NCBI GenBank assembly: GCA_963785305.1
Contig: CAWAUV010000004.1
Location: 128,001-192,000, forward strand
Direction of reading: 5' to 3'
Source: an uncultured Planctomycetaceae bacterium
GTDB taxonomy: Bacteria > Planctomycetota > Planctomycetia > Pirellulales > PALSA-1355
DNA length: 64,000 nucleotides
This document shows, in pieces, positions 1-11,920 of this stretch. The notes below the pieces were generated by a model. That model was not told the DNA's origin. It saw nothing but the letters and a program-made list of their open reading frames with translations, and searched no databases. The first letter of the stretch is position 1. Each line of letters opens with the position of its first letter. Position numbers and translations under genes: made by a program.

Positions 1-2
1 CG

Positions 3-263
3 CGCATTCTCGAATCGCTCGATGGCGGCTATGCGCGGGCCGATCGCTCGGGCAATTTCCAGTTGACCCTGCGGCCCGGTCCCTACCTGGTCTTGGCGAT
101 CTCGCGTCATGCCAAGCGGCCGAACGGCCAACATGTGCCGCCCGAGCAATTGTCGCTTTTGGAGCAATACTTCGTTCCAGCCAAGGACCTGGTGGGCCAA
201 GCCAAATTCGAAATCACGGAACGCGAGGTGGCGGAAGGTCGCCCCTTGGAGTTCGATTTCTAA
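3..263 (+). CDS. 3' end of a hypothetical protein running in from the left edge (carboxypeptidase-regulatory-like beta fold possible)
   Basis: Frame is open from position 3 (RILESLDGGYARADRSGNFQLTLRPGPYLVLAIS...) to TAA at 261-263. The pattern ADxxGNFxLxLxPGxY is typical of small beta-sandwich domains. Confidence 0.6.
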   Translation, partial: RILESLDGGYARADRSGNFQLTLRPGPYLVLAISRHAKRPNGQHVPPEQLSLLEQYFVPAKDLVGQAKFEITEREVAEGRPLEFDF

Positions 264-383
264 ACGACCGCGGACTCTATCCAATCGGGGGGTTTCCGCG
301 GACTTTGTATCTTCGCGGGGGAGCGCATGCGGCCCCCGCCCACCCGGTTGTATTTCGTCGTCTCTCCGGGCCTCCCGCCATTC

Positions 384-461
384 AGAGCCGATCCGGCAAC
401 TCCCCCCTCTCCCCCGCGGGAGAGGGTAGGGTGAGCGCTCGCCGAAGTATCTCGGATAGGC
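384..461 (+). repeat. Palindromic dispersed repeat (REP/MITE-like), copy 1 of 3
   Basis: agagccgatccggcaactcccccctctcccccgcgggagagggtagggtgagcgctc...cggataggc. It has a CCCTCTCCC/GGGAGAGGG core hairpin, and its ends gccgatccg/cggataggc are inverted. It aligns by eye with 14983-15034 and with the reverse complement of 55765-55843. Confidence 0.8.
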
Positions 462-548
462 CTTGAGTCCATTTTCGAGGTTCATTCCCTCCGTTTTTCC
501 CGCTCACCGCAGGTTCAAAAACCTAGGCCGGAAAAGTGCTTGAATCGC

Positions 549-577
549 TTGACGAAATGCTAAACTGCCTTTACGTT
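549..577 (+). promoter_or_regulatory. Putative sigma70 promoter of the LysR gene
   Basis: TTGACG (549-554), 17-nt spacer, TACGTT (572-577), in an AT-rich stretch about 65 nt upstream of the GTG at 643. Confidence 0.5.
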
Positions 578-642
578 AATATGTTCAGATTAGATGCTAC
601 GACGAACATTTATTTGAATTACTCATCGGGGCGAGGATTCTC

Positions 643-1758
643 GTGCAGCTCAAAAGCCTCAAGGTGTTTTGCGACGTCGTGGGCTGGCGGAGCTTCTCCC
701 GAGCCGCCGACGAGAATGGCATCTCGCAATCCGGCGCCAGCCAGGTGGTTCATCAACTCGAGCATCGCCTGGGCGTCAAGTTGATTGATCGCTCGAAACG
801 CCCCTTCGTGCTCACGCCCGAGGGAGAAACCTACTACGACGGATGCCGCAAGTTGGTGCAACGTTATGACGCCCTTGAAGATCAGGTGCGCACGCTGCAC
901 GAGGAAGTCTCCGGCCGGGTGCGAGTGGTGTCGATCTATTCGGTCGGGCTACATCATATGAGCCGCTATTTGCAGCGGTTCCTGAGTCAATATCCCAAGG
1001 CCAACGTGCGGCTCGAATACCAGCATCCGCATCAGGTCTATGAAGCGGTGGAGAAAGATCAGGCCGATCTGGGGCTCGTGAGCTATCCTCGCTCCTCGCG
1101 CACCATCGAAGCCTGTGGCTGGCGCGAGGAGCCAATGGTGCTGGTCTGTTCGCCCGAGCATCGCTTTGCCGGTCGGAGGGTGATCACGATTTCGGAATTC
1201 GACGGCGAGCGGCTCATCGGTTTCGATAACGATCTTGTTATTCGCCGCGAAATCGACCGCGTGCTGCAACTTCATGGCGCGGAAGTGCGAGTGGTGATGG
1301 AGTTCGACAATATCGAAACCATGAAGCGGGCCGTCGAGATCGATGCCGGGGTGGCCCTGCTGCCGGAGCCGACGGTGCGGCGCGAAGTGGCTGCCGGCAC
1401 GCTGGCGGCGATTCCGCTTTCGACCGATGAACTGGTCCGACCGCTGGGCATTATCTATCGCCGCGGAAAAGAGCTCGGGAGCACTGCCCGGCGATTTATC
1501 GAACTGCTGCAAACCGAAACCGCGGGCGATGATTTCGCCCCGCTCCGGGCGTCGCTGGCCGCCGGACTCACCGCGTTTCCCTCCCCGGCGACCGCGCCCG
1601 GAGAATCGCCCGCGGCGGCAATCGACGCGTTGGTCGACGGTGCGAAGCGTGTTGCCGCGGGCTCGGATTACGCCGCGGATGCGGCGAACAATCGGCGCGA
1701 CCGGCCCGTCGCCGCATGCGGCTCGCGTCGCGAGCGAGCAAGCGGGCCTCCGCGATGA
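643..1758 (+). CDS. LysR-family transcriptional regulator
   Basis: N-terminal LysR HTH (SFSRAADENGISQSGASQVVHQLEHRLGVKLIDRS...LTPEG) plus substrate-binding domain (FDNIETMKRAVEIDAGVALLP). The last ~75 aa are an Ala/Pro-rich tail. Confidence 0.93.
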   Translation: MQLKSLKVFCDVVGWRSFSRAADENGISQSGASQVVHQLEHRLGVKLIDRSKRPFVLTPEGETYYDGCRKLVQRYDALEDQVRTLHEEVSGRVRVVSIYSVGLHHMSRYLQRFLSQYPKANVRLEYQHPHQVYEAVEKDQADLGLVSYPRSSRTIEACGWREEPMVLVCSPEHRFAGRRVITISEFDGERLIGFDNDLVIRREIDRVLQLHGAEVRVVMEFDNIETMKRAVEIDAGVALLPEPTVRREVAAGTLAAIPLSTDELVRPLGIIYRRGKELGSTARRFIELLQTETAGDDFAPLRASLAAGLTAFPSPATAPGESPAAAIDALVDGAKRVAAGSDYAADAANNRRDRPVAACGSRRERASGPPR

Positions 1759-1972
1759 ACATCATGGCGAACCGAGCGGCGTCGCCTCGGCGCCGCCGGC
1801 CGATGGTTTGGCCCACGAGCCGGATCTCGCCGACGCCCCTAAAACCGCGGCTCGCCCGCGCCGCCGCCGTGTCGCGGCGAAGTCCTGACGGCTGGGCTCG
1901 GCGTCGCCCGCGACGCCGGTTCGGCCGCTTGTTTCGAGAGATTGCCAACGCGTTTTTGTCAGGTAAACCAGA

Positions 1973-4900
1973 GTGAGTGTGATGCGCAAAATTCAGCCCA
2001 ACCAGGGTCCGCCCGCCAAACAAGGTCTCTACGATCCGGCCCACGAGCACGACGCTTGCGGCGTGGGATTCGTCGTGAATATGCGCGGCGAGCAGAGCCA
2101 CGAAATCGTGCGTTCGGGCCTCGAGATCTTGGTCAATCTCACGCATCGCGGCGCTTGCGGCTGCGATCCCTTGACGGGCGATGGCGCCGGCATTCTCACC
2201 CAGATTCCCGATGGCTTCTTCCGCGAGCAGGCCGCCCGCCTGGGTGTCACGCTGCCGGCCAAGGGCGACTATGGCGTGGGCACGCTGTTTTTGCCTCGCG
2301 ACACCTCGGAGCGACGCTACTGCGAAGCGCGCATGGAAGCGATCGCCATCGAAGAAGGCCAGCAACTTGTCGCGTGGCGCACCGTGCCGATCGACAATCG
2401 CGTGCTGGGGCCCACGGCGCAAGATGTCGAGCCGGTGATCAAGCAGTTTTTCATTGTTCGCGGCGCCGACACGCCGCCCGACATGTTCGAATGGAAGCTC
2501 TACGTGATCCGCCGCCGACAAGAGCTCGAGATTCGCAACAGCAAGCTGCGGCAAAAGTCGTACAACTACGTGCCGAGTCTGTCGAGCCGAGTGGTGATCT
2601 ACAAGGGGCTTTTACTGGCCGAACAGGTCGAGTCGTTTTATCGCGATCTGGCCGATCCGACATTCGTCTCGGCGCTGGCGCTGGTGCATCAACGCTACAG
2701 CACCAATACGTTTCCGACTTGGGACCTGGCGCATCCCTTCCGCTACTTGGCCCACAACGGCGAAATCAACACCTTGCGTGGCAACGTGAACTGGATGCAT
2801 GCGCGCGAGAGCATGTTCGATCATCCGGTGTATGGGCCCGACTTGAAAAAAATCTGCCCGGTGTGCGTGCGCGGGGCGAGCGATTCGGCGGTGTTCGACA
2901 ATGCGCTCGAGTTGCTGGTGCTCACGGGCCGCTCGCTGCCCGAGGCGATGTCGATGTTGATTCCCGAGCCCTGGTCGGGTCACGAGAGCATGAGCGACGA
3001 GCTCAAGGCCTATTATGAATATCAGGCGTGTCTCATGGAGCCGTGGGATGGCCCGGCCTCGATGGCGTTTACCGATGGCGTGATGATGGGCGCCCAACTC
3101 GATCGCAACGGCCTGCGGCCCAGCCGTTATTGGGTCACGAAAAAAGGCTGGGTCATCATGGCCTCCGAGGCCGGCGTGCTCGATATCCCGCCGGAAGAAG
3201 TCGAGTCGAAGGGCCGCTTGCGGCCGGGCCGCATGTTCCTGGTCGACATGGAAGAAGGCCGCATCGTGGCCGACGCCGAGATCAAACGCGAGCTCGCGGC
3301 GCACCAGCCCTATCGCGAGTGGCTCAAGGAAAACCAACTCACGCTCGCCGACCTTCCGGCGGCGCCCGACACCAATGGTCACCTCGAGGAACCGCTCGTC
3401 AAGCTGCACGCGCACTTTCGGCTATACGCTCGAGGACCTGCGCATCCTGCTCGCGCCGATGGGCGCCGACGGTTACGAGCCGATTGGCTCGATGGGCAAC
3501 GACACGCCGCTCGCCGTGCTGAGCGACCGACCCCAACTGCTCTACAACTATTTCAAGCAGTTGTTCGCGCAAGTGACGAATCCGCCGCTCGATGGCATTC
3601 GCGAGGAGATCATCACCTCGCTCGTCACCACGATCGGCTCCGAGGGCAATCTGCTCGGCGAGACGCCCGAGCAGTGCCGCCTCTTGCGACTCGAGCAGCC
3701 GGTGCTCACGAACCGCGAAATGCGCATGGTGGCCCAGCTCGATCTTCCGCGGCTCAAGGCGCGCACGCTTTCGACCCTGTTCGACCGCCGCGAGGGCGTC
3801 GAGGGCCTACGGCGGCGGATGCAAGACCTGCGCACGAGGCGTCGCAAGCGATCGCCGATGGGGTGACGATCTTGATTCTTTCCGATCGCGACGCGGGCCC
3901 GGATCGCGTGCCCGTGCCGGCGCTTTTGGCCACGAGCGGCGTGCATCATCACCTGGTGCGCGAGGAGACTCGCACTCGCTGCGGCTTGGTGGTCGAGACC
4001 GGCGAGGCCCGCGAGGTGCACCATTTCGCGCTCCTCACCGGCTACGGCGCCGGAGCGGTGAACCCGTACCTGGCCTTTGCCACGCTGCGTGAAATGAGAG
4101 CCCAGGGCATGCTTCCCCCGGCCCTGACTTATGAAAAGATCGAAAAGAACTACATCAAGAGCGTGAGCAAGGGGCTGCTCAAGGTGATGAGCAAAATGGG
4201 CATCTCGACCCAGCAAAGCTATCGCGGAGCGCAGATTTTCGAGGCCATCGGCCTCCACACCGAGTTCATCGACGAATACTTCACCTGGACTCCGAGTCGC
4301 TTGCAGGGCGTGGGTCTGGAAACCATCGCCGAGGAATCGCTCCGCCGCCATGAACACGCCTATCCGACCACGCATGTTCCCCAAACGCTCGACCTCGATG
4401 TCGGCGGGCAGTACCAATGGCGGCGCAAGGGCGAGCGCATATCTTTTCGCCCGACGTGATCGCCAAGCTCCAGCAAGCCACGTCGATCAACAGCCGCGAG
4501 GAATTCCGCCGGTTTTGCAAACTGATCGACGATCAGCAGCGAAGCCTGCTCACTTTGCGCGGGTTGCTCGATTTCAAATACGGCGACAAACCGATTCCGC
4601 TCGAGGAAGTCGAGGACGCGCGCGAGATCGTCAAGCGCTTCGCCACCGGGGCGATGTCCTACGGTTCGATTTCGCGCGAAGCGCACGAATCCTTGGCGAT
4701 CGCCATGAATCGGATCGGCGGCCGAAGCAACACGGGCGAGGGCGGCGAGGATTCGGCCCGCTATCGGCCCGACGCCAACGGCGACAATCGCTCAAGCGCC
4801 ATCAAGCAGGTGGCCAGCGGGCGATTCGGAGTGACGAGCGAATATTTGGTCAATGCCCGCGAACTCCAGATCAAGATGGCCCAGGGCGCGAAGCCCGGCG

Positions 4901-6567
4901 AGGGCGGACAACTGCCCGGCCACAAGGTCGACAAGGAAATCGGCCGTATTCGCCATAGCACTCCCGGCGTCGGGCTCATTTCGCCGCCGCCGCATCATGA
5001 TATTTATTCGATCGAAGACCTCTCGCAGTTGATCCACGATCTTAAAAACGCGAACCGTTTCGCGCGGGTCAGCGTGAAGCTCGTGGCGGAAGTGGGCGTG
5101 GGCACGATCGCCGCCGGCGTGAGCAAGGGCAAGAGCGACGTGGTGCTCATCAGCGGACACGATGGCGGCACCGGCGCGAGCCCGTTGACCTCGATCAAGC
5201 ATGCCGGCGCTCCCTGGGAACTGGGCCTCGCCGAAACGCATCAGGTGCTGGTGCTCAACGATCTCCGCGGACGGATCGTGGTGCAGACCGATGGTCAGCT
5301 TCGCACCGCCAAGGATATCGCCATTGCCACCTTGCTGGGCGCCGAGGAATGGGGCATCGCCACGGCGGCCTTGGTCACCGTGGGCTGCATCATGATGCGC
5401 AAGTGCCATCTGAACACCTGCCCGGTGGGCATCGCCACCCAAGACACCGAGCTGCGCAAGAAATTCCACGGCAAGCCGGAGCATGTGGTCAACTACTTCT
5501 TCCTGCTGGCCGAGGAATTGCGCGAGATCATGGCCAAACTCGGCTTTCGCACGATCAACGAAATGGTCGGCCGAGTCGATCGCTTGCACACGCTCGACGC
5601 GCTCAATCACTGGAAGGCCCGAGGGCTCGATTTTTCATCGATTCTCCATCGGCCCCAAACGCCGTCGTATATCAAGACCCATCACTGCGAGGACCAGGAC
5701 CACGGACTCGAGGCGGGTCTTGATCTGAGCGTGCTCGTCAAGGCATGCGCTCCGGCGCTCGAACGGCAGGAGCCGGTGACGCTCGATATTCCGATTCGCA
5801 ACATCAATCGCACCGTGGGCACGATCCTGTGCAGCGAGGTCACGCGCCGCTTTGGCGGCAAGGGCTTCGACAAGCCCGACACGATCCAGATCAATTTCCG
5901 CGGCGCCGCCGGGCAAAGCCTGATGGCTTTCGGCGTGCATGGCGTGACGGCCCGGGTCGAGGGCGACGTGAACGACTACTGCGGCAAGGGCCTCTCGGGC
6001 GGCAAGATCATCGTGTATCCGCCGCGCGAAAGCACGTTCGTGGCCGAGGACAACATCATCGCGGGCAATGTGGTGCTCTACGGCGCCACGGCCGGCGAAG
6101 TGTATCTCCGCGGCATTGCCGGCGAGCGGTTCTGCGTGCGGAATAGCGGCGCGCTGGCCGTGGTCGAGGGCGTGGGCGATCATGGCTGCGAATACATGAC
6201 CGCCGGCCGGGCCGTGATTCTCGGCAAGACCGGCCGCAACTTCGCCGCCGGCATGAGCGGTGGCATCGCCTATGTGCTCGATATCGACGGCGGCTTCCCG
6301 CGGCTCGTGAATCGCGAAATGGTGGGCCTTGAAGACCTCGGCGACCCGGCCGATCAAGAGTTCATTCTCGAAGTGGTTCGCCGCCATGTGGAGTACACCG
6401 GCAGCACGCGCGGCCAATGGGTGCTCGATAACTGGCCGGAGATGATCGAAAAATTCGTCAAAGTGATGCCAACCGACTACAAACTTGCTCTGCAGCGCAT
6501 GAAAGACGAGGAGTTGGCCTCACGGGAAATTCACAAGCCGAAGCTGCAAGGGGTGGCTCATGGGTGA
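1973..6567 (+). CDS. gltB: Glutamate synthase large subunit, split by apparent frameshifts near 3410, 3837 and 4437
   Basis: GATase motifs [26 protein letters not shown] and [12 protein letters not shown]. Central [15 protein letters not shown] lies in the +3375 frame. FMN/3Fe-4S motifs [33 protein letters not shown] and [15 protein letters not shown], plus GXGXG repeats, lie in the +4417 frame. The start could also be ATG 1982. Confidence 0.96.
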
Positions 6568-8047
6568 TTTGCGGGGATTCATGAAACACAAACGGGTTTA
6601 CGCGGCCAAGGAACCCGTGCCCTCGCGGCTCAAGCACTACAAGGAATTCCTGCAAATCATCTCGCCCGAGGATATGAGGGTGCAGGGCGCTCGCTGCATG
6701 GACTGCGGCATCCCCTTTTGCCACACGGGCTGCCCGCTGGGAAACATCATTCCCGATTGGAACGATCTGGTGTATCGCGACCAATGGCGCGAGGCGCTCG
6801 ATCGGCTGCACTCCACGAACAACTTCCCCGAGTTCACCGGCCGGATTTGCCCCGCGCCGTGCGAAGCGGCTTGTGTGCTAGGCATCAACGAAGACCCGGT
6901 CGCGATCAAGCAGATCGAATGCGCGATTGCGGATCGAGGCTTCGATGAGGGCTGGATCACGGCCGAACCGCCCTCCCTGCGCACCGGCAAACGCGTGGCG
7001 GTTGTCGGCAGCGGGCCCGCCGGACTCGCCGCCGCCCAGCAGTTGAATCGCGCCGGGCATCTGGTCACCGTGTTCGAGCGCGACGATCGGCCGGGCGGCT
7101 TGCTGATGTATGGCATTCCCGACTTCAAGCTCGAAAAATCGCGCGTTTGGCGACGCATCGAGCAGATGCGGTCCGAGGGCGTCGAGTTTCGCGTGAACGC
7201 GAATGTGGGCCTGAATGTCTCGGTCGAGGAACTGCGCGACGACTACGACGCGATCTTGCTCGCCGGCGGCGCCACCGCCCCGCGCGACCTGCCGGTTCCA
7301 GGCCGGGAGCTGCGCGGAGTTCATTTCGCCATGGAATTCCTGCCGCAGCAAAACAAAGTCAATCAGGGCGACAAGGTTCCCAGTCAAATTCTGGCCACCG
7401 GCAAGCATGTGATCGTGATCGGCGGCGGCGACACCGGCAGCGACTGCACCGGAACCTCGAATCGCCAAAAATGCGCGAGCCTCACGCAGTTCGAACTGCT
7501 GCCGCAGCCGCCCGACGTGGGCGCGTTTCCGCGTATTCATCAGCGGCCGGCAAGTTCACCCTGGCCCTATTGGCCGATGATCCTCCGCACCAGCACTTCC
7601 CACGAAGAAGGCTGCATCCGCCAATTCAGTATCATGACCAAGGAATTCCGCGGCGACGCCCAGGGCAATGTCCAGAAGCTCGTGACCGTGGGACTCGAAT
7701 GGACGCAAGACGCCGTCGGTCGCCAAGTTCCCAAGGAGATTCCGGGAACGGAAAAGGAATGGCCCTGCCAGTTGGCCCTGCTCGCGATGGGCTTCGTGGG
7801 GCCCGAGAAAAAAGGCCCCATCGAGCAGCTTGGCTTGGCGCTCGACGCGCGGGGCAATGTGCGCTGCGACGACGAATATCGCGCGAGCGTCGATGGCGTG
7901 TTTGCCGCCGGCGATCTGCGGCGCGGGCAATCGCTCGTCGTGTGGGCGATCCATGAAGGCCGCGAAGCAGCTCGCTCGATTGATAAGTACCTGATGGGTC
8001 TCACCCATCTTCCAAGCGTCAACGCCGGCGATTACGCCTGGAAGTAA
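6560..8047 (+). CDS. gltD: Glutamate synthase small (NAD(P)H) subunit
   Basis: [49 protein letters not shown] and [15 protein letters not shown]. It overlaps the gltB stop by 8 nt. Confidence 0.97.
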   Translation: MGDLRGFMKHKRVYAAKEPVPSRLKHYKEFLQIISPEDMRVQGARCMDCGIPFCHTGCPLGNIIPDWNDLVYRDQWREALDRLHSTNNFPEFTGRICPAPCEAACVLGINEDPVAIKQIECAIADRGFDEGWITAEPPSLRTGKRVAVVGSGPAGLAAAQQLNRAGHLVTVFERDDRPGGLLMYGIPDFKLEKSRVWRRIEQMRSEGVEFRVNANVGLNVSVEELRDDYDAILLAGGATAPRDLPVPGRELRGVHFAMEFLPQQNKVNQGDKVPSQILATGKHVIVIGGGDTGSDCTGTSNRQKCASLTQFELLPQPPDVGAFPRIHQRPASSPWPYWPMILRTSTSHEEGCIRQFSIMTKEFRGDAQGNVQKLVTVGLEWTQDAVGRQVPKEIPGTEKEWPCQLALLAMGFVGPEKKGPIEQLGLALDARGNVRCDDEYRASVDGVFAAGDLRRGQSLVVWAIHEGREAARSIDKYLMGLTHLPSVNAGDYAWK

Positions 8048-8290
8048 GGCGAACTGGACCGCGGTGACGAGCATGGTCGAGAACGGGACCATGAAAGTCG
8101 GCGAGCGACCACCGGAAGCGAAACCATTGTTACGCCGCGGCAGCGGCCATTATCCGCGGCCATTGGCCGCAACGCCTTCATTTCCTATCATCGTGCGACT
8201 TAGCCCCGCCGCGTCGGCTCGCTGATCGAGCTGTTTGGCCAATCCTGCCCGCCCGCCGGCGCTCGCGCCGGAATCTCTCCCTCGCTAGAA

Positions 8291-10105
8291 ATGCTCCGCA
8301 TGATTCGCTCGCCTCGCTTGATCTGGTGCGTGTTGCTACTCGTCGGCTTCGGCAAGGAAAGTCTTTCCGCCGAACAACCCACGGCCAAAAAATCTTCCGC
8401 TGCGGTCAAGCAGATGGCCGACGTCGTGCGGGAGTATTCGGCGGATCGCGAGAGCGTCTCGAACTTTTATCGCCTGCCCGCGTCGGACTTGGCCTTCGAA
8501 CGGCGGGAGCGATTGGAGACGGCTTGGTTGGAACGACTGAAGGCGATCGACTTCGATGCCCTGGAACACTCGGACAAAGTCGATTACTTGCTGCTCGCGA
8601 ATCATCTCACGCGGTCTCTCGACGGCATCGCCCGCGAGCGGAAACGGGTTGCCGAGATGGACCGGCTCCTTCCTTTCCGCGAGCTGATCGACACGCTGGA
8701 ACCGGCCCGCTGGCGAGCGGCGCCGATCGATTACCGCGCCACCGCCACCCAGCTCGAGGCGTTGGTCGAGCAAGTGAAGACGCTGCGCGAAGAGCTCGAG
8801 AAGTCTCACAAGTCGAAGGCCGACGCGGCAAGGAAATCGACGGATGCCCAAGAGCCGGCGAAGTCCAAGACCGGCGACGAACCCGCGAACGCGGACGTGC
8901 CGCCCTATCTGGCCCTCCGCGCTGCCAAGGCCACGAAGGAGTTTCAAGAATCGCTCCAGCGCTGGCACGACTACTACAGCGGCTACCAGCCCGAGTTCGA
9001 CTGGTGGATCAAGCAGCCTTTCGAGAAGGCGACCAAGGAACTCGACGACCAAGCGAAACTGCTGCGCGAAGAGCTCGCGGGCCAGAAGGGAAAGGATGAT
9101 GATCCGCTGGTCGGAGACCCGATCGGTCCAGACGCCGTGGCGACCGAAATCCGCCGGGAGTTCCTGCCTTATATGGCCGAGGAGCTCATCGCCATTGGCG
9201 AGCGCGAGCTAGCATGGGGCGAGGATCAAATGCGCATCGCCGCGCGGCAAATGAACCTCGGCGACGACTGGAAGGCCGCCTTGGCCAAGGTCAAGGCCGA
9301 CTATGTTCCGCCGGGCGGCCAGGACGCCCTAGTCGAGAAGATTGGTCGCGAGGCCACCGAGTTCGTGAAGCAGAGGAAACTGGTCACCGTGCCCCCCTTG
9401 GCCGAGGAAACATGGCGGCTGACCATGATCTCGCCCGAGGGCATCAAGACCATTCCCTACGCGGCCTATGGCGGGCAGCAGGTCCTCGTCGCGTACGCGA
9501 GGAACGACATGAGCCAGGAAGACAAGCTCATGGTGATGCGCGGCAACAACAGCCACTTTACTCGGCTGGTGACGCCGCACGAGCTGATTCCCGGCCATCA
9601 TTTGCAAGGCTTCTACGCGGCCCGGCACAATAGCCACCGCGAACTGTTTTGGACGCCATACTATGTCGAGGGCTGGTCGCTCTACTGGGAACTGCGGCTC
9701 TGGGACCTGGGTTGGGCCCAGACACCCGAGGACCGGATCGGCATGCTCTTCTGGCGGATGACCCGGGCCGCGCGGATCATCGTGAGCCTCAAGTACCACC
9801 AGGGCGAGATGAAACCGGACGAGATGGTCGACTTTCTCGTTTCGAGAGTCGGGCATGAGAAGTTGGGCGCCACGAGCGAGGTCCGCCGCTTCATTCAGGC
9901 GTCGCCGCTCTATCAGGCCGGCTACTTGATCGGCGGCCTGCAACTTTATGCCTTGCAAAAGGAACTGGTGGGCCCAGGCAAGATGACGGAGCGGGAATTT
10001 CATGACGCCGTGCTAATGCAAGGCACGATGCCGATCGAACCCTTGCGAGCCGCCCTGGAGAAGCTCCCGCTAAAGCGTGATACGAAGCCCGGTTGGCGCT
10101 TTTGA
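8291..10105 (+). CDS. DUF885-family secreted protein (metallopeptidase-like)
   Basis: Signal peptide, HELIPGHHLQ, YVEGWSLYWE, WRMTRAARII, EVRRF and YQAGYLIG. Confidence 0.85.
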   Translation: MLRMIRSPRLIWCVLLLVGFGKESLSAEQPTAKKSSAAVKQMADVVREYSADRESVSNFYRLPASDLAFERRERLETAWLERLKAIDFDALEHSDKVDYLLLANHLTRSLDGIARERKRVAEMDRLLPFRELIDTLEPARWRAAPIDYRATATQLEALVEQVKTLREELEKSHKSKADAARKSTDAQEPAKSKTGDEPANADVPPYLALRAAKATKEFQESLQRWHDYYSGYQPEFDWWIKQPFEKATKELDDQAKLLREELAGQKGKDDDPLVGDPIGPDAVATEIRREFLPYMAEELIAIGERELAWGEDQMRIAARQMNLGDDWKAALAKVKADYVPPGGQDALVEKIGREATEFVKQRKLVTVPPLAEETWRLTMISPEGIKTIPYAAYGGQQVLVAYARNDMSQEDKLMVMRGNNSHFTRLVTPHELIPGHHLQGFYAARHNSHRELFWTPYYVEGWSLYWELRLWDLGWAQTPEDRIGMLFWRMTRAARIIVSLKYHQGEMKPDEMVDFLVSRVGHEKLGATSEVRRFIQASPLYQAGYLIGGLQLYALQKELVGPGKMTEREFHDAVLMQGTMPIEPLRAALEKLPLKRDTKPGWRF

Positions 10106-10120
10106 CAGTCGCCTGGAACT

Positions 10121-11027
10121 TTACAACGCCGGCGCCCCGGGAAACACGGCCACCGGCAGTCGCGTTTGCTCGCGCACTCGATCGGCCACGCGCGTTTAGC
10201 TCGGCTTCGGCTAGCGGGCTCACGAAACTTTCGGCCGGTTGGCGGGCGACGGTATAGATTTGAATCAGTTTCAATTGGCCGCCGGCGGCGACGATTTCAT
10301 TCAGCCGGTCGCGGAAGGCGAGTTGCTCGGCCTCGGAGGGCCCGTCGCCGTGGATGCGCATGAAAAGCGACTGGATCACGAGCGGACGAACCCGGGCGGC
10401 GGCGGTGATATTGTCCAAGATGCGGCGAAACGGAATTCGAGTGCGCTCGACAAGCTGGTAATAGGCATCGGTCCCGGCTTCGAGCTTGGCCCAAATCTCG
10501 CCGTTGTCGGCGTCGAGCAGCTCGAGTCCCTTTCGCACGCGCGGCCGATGCAGCATGCTGGCGTTGGTGATCAGTAGAAGTTTCACGGCATCGAGCCCGA
10601 AGCGTCGCTTAACCTGGGCGATGCGGTCGACGATCTCATCGAAATTGCGATAGGTGGTCGGTTCGCCATCGCCGCTCAGTGCGATATCGTTGAGCCGGCG
10701 CAGCTCGCTAGGCGTGGCGCCGAATGGCTCGACACGGTAGATTTCGCCGCTCGTGATCGTGGCCAACGTCGCGTCGAGTTCTCGTTCAAGTTGGTCGATC
10801 GCCACGAATCGGGTTTCGGCTTCGCGAGTGCGATCGACCTGGCAGTAAATGCAGTCGAAGTTACAGACCTTGTCGGGGTTCAGATTCACGCCCAGCGACA
10901 ACCCACCCAAGCGCCGGCTGAGCACCGGGTACACGAACCGATTCGTGGCCCAAGCGCGCAAATGGAGCGCATGCAATGCGAGCGGCCGAGCGACCGCGGA
11001 GTCGGCGAGAGGTTGCGGATCAGCCAT
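10121..11027 (-). CDS. Radical SAM protein (TYW1/COG0731-like), frameshift near 10190
   Basis: YPVLSRRLGGLSLGVNL, CNFDCIYC (CX3CX2C), LSGDGEPT and ITNASM. Shifting frame at ~10190 gives VADRVREQTRLPVAVFPGAPAL and a TAA at 10121, which removes the overlap with the DUF885 gene. Confidence 0.85.
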
Positions 11028-11129
11028 GCGAAGCCTTGCGGCGCGGACCAAAGCCGCGGTGACGCGGCGGCCCGAGAAATCGAGGCCGCGCCCCATCGGC
11101 GGTTTTGGCCCGCGCGGAATGGCGCGGCG

Positions 11130-11426
11130 TTAAGCGCGGCGCAATTCGGAGTATTCGTCGATCGAAATCGTGGTCAACTCGCCACTATCTCGCTTGAGCA
11201 CGATCAGGTCGCTGTAGACTTTGTCGTCGGGACTGCGGCGAAAGTGGAGACCATGCCGGCGGCGCTCGGTGCGCACGACCGTGCCAGCGGTTTCCGACAT
11301 CCAAATGCGACTGCCCACCTTGACTTCATGCTTCATCGCCACGCGGTCGCCCGGCTTGAGCTCCGCGAATAGATTCAGATTTACGATCGCCTGCTTTTGC
11401 TGGCGCACTAGCGTTTTGTTGCTCAT
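11130..11426 (-). CDS. Small hypothetical beta-rich protein (SH3/KOW-like pattern)
   Basis: AGGAG upstream of the ATG. LKPGDRVAMKHEVKVG...GTVVR pattern, and co-oriented with the radical SAM gene. Confidence 0.7.
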   Translation of the reverse strand: MSNKTLVRQQKQAIVNLNLFAELKPGDRVAMKHEVKVGSRIWMSETAGTVVRTERRRHGLHFRRSPDDKVYSDLIVLKRDSGELTTISIDEYSELRRA

Positions 11427-11920
11427 CGTGTCGTTTTTCTCCTAAAGGGGAAGGCTTTTATTGTAAGACATCTTCCGCCGCGCGGCGAGAGTCGTTCGGC
11501 GCCCCGCAGCCCCGCCTTCGCCAACCGCGCTGGGCGACCGGGAGTGGAACGGATTTGCTATCGGCGAATTTGCCGGTTAGTATTCAACTTAGGGCACGCG
11601 AAACGGGGCCCGAGACGGTTCAAAGTTCATTGCTTGGCTGGGACTTAGGTCGCTTTCCGCGTGAATTCGCGCGAGCGACGCGGAATCGCGGGGGGGCTGC
11701 AATAATCCTCGGCCAGTTTCGCGATTGCATACTTGGCCGAACATCGGTCAAGATTCCTTGCGAGGGCGCCGGAGCGAGCGCAAAACGAAAAACGCCAAAA
11801 AGCGCTCGATTGCATCGCCGGCGCGTGGATTTCTTGTTGGTTGGCGGAACGAACGCGTGCGTCGCCCTCGCTGCCAAGCGTCGGGCGACCGGGCGCGGGC
11901 GATCGCCAAGGAGCGGTTCC

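Noticed and set aside
1973..6567. gltB and the other split genes as pseudogenes or programmed frameshifts
   Set aside because: All catalytic motifs are intact and there are no in-frame stops after stitching. No consistent slippery heptamer is present, and the indels are scattered across unrelated genes, so sequencing error is more parsimonious.
11540..11880. GGAAC motifs as an autoregulatory ECF promoter
   Set aside because: No convincing -10 element at 16-17 nt spacing, so it cannot be supported by eye.
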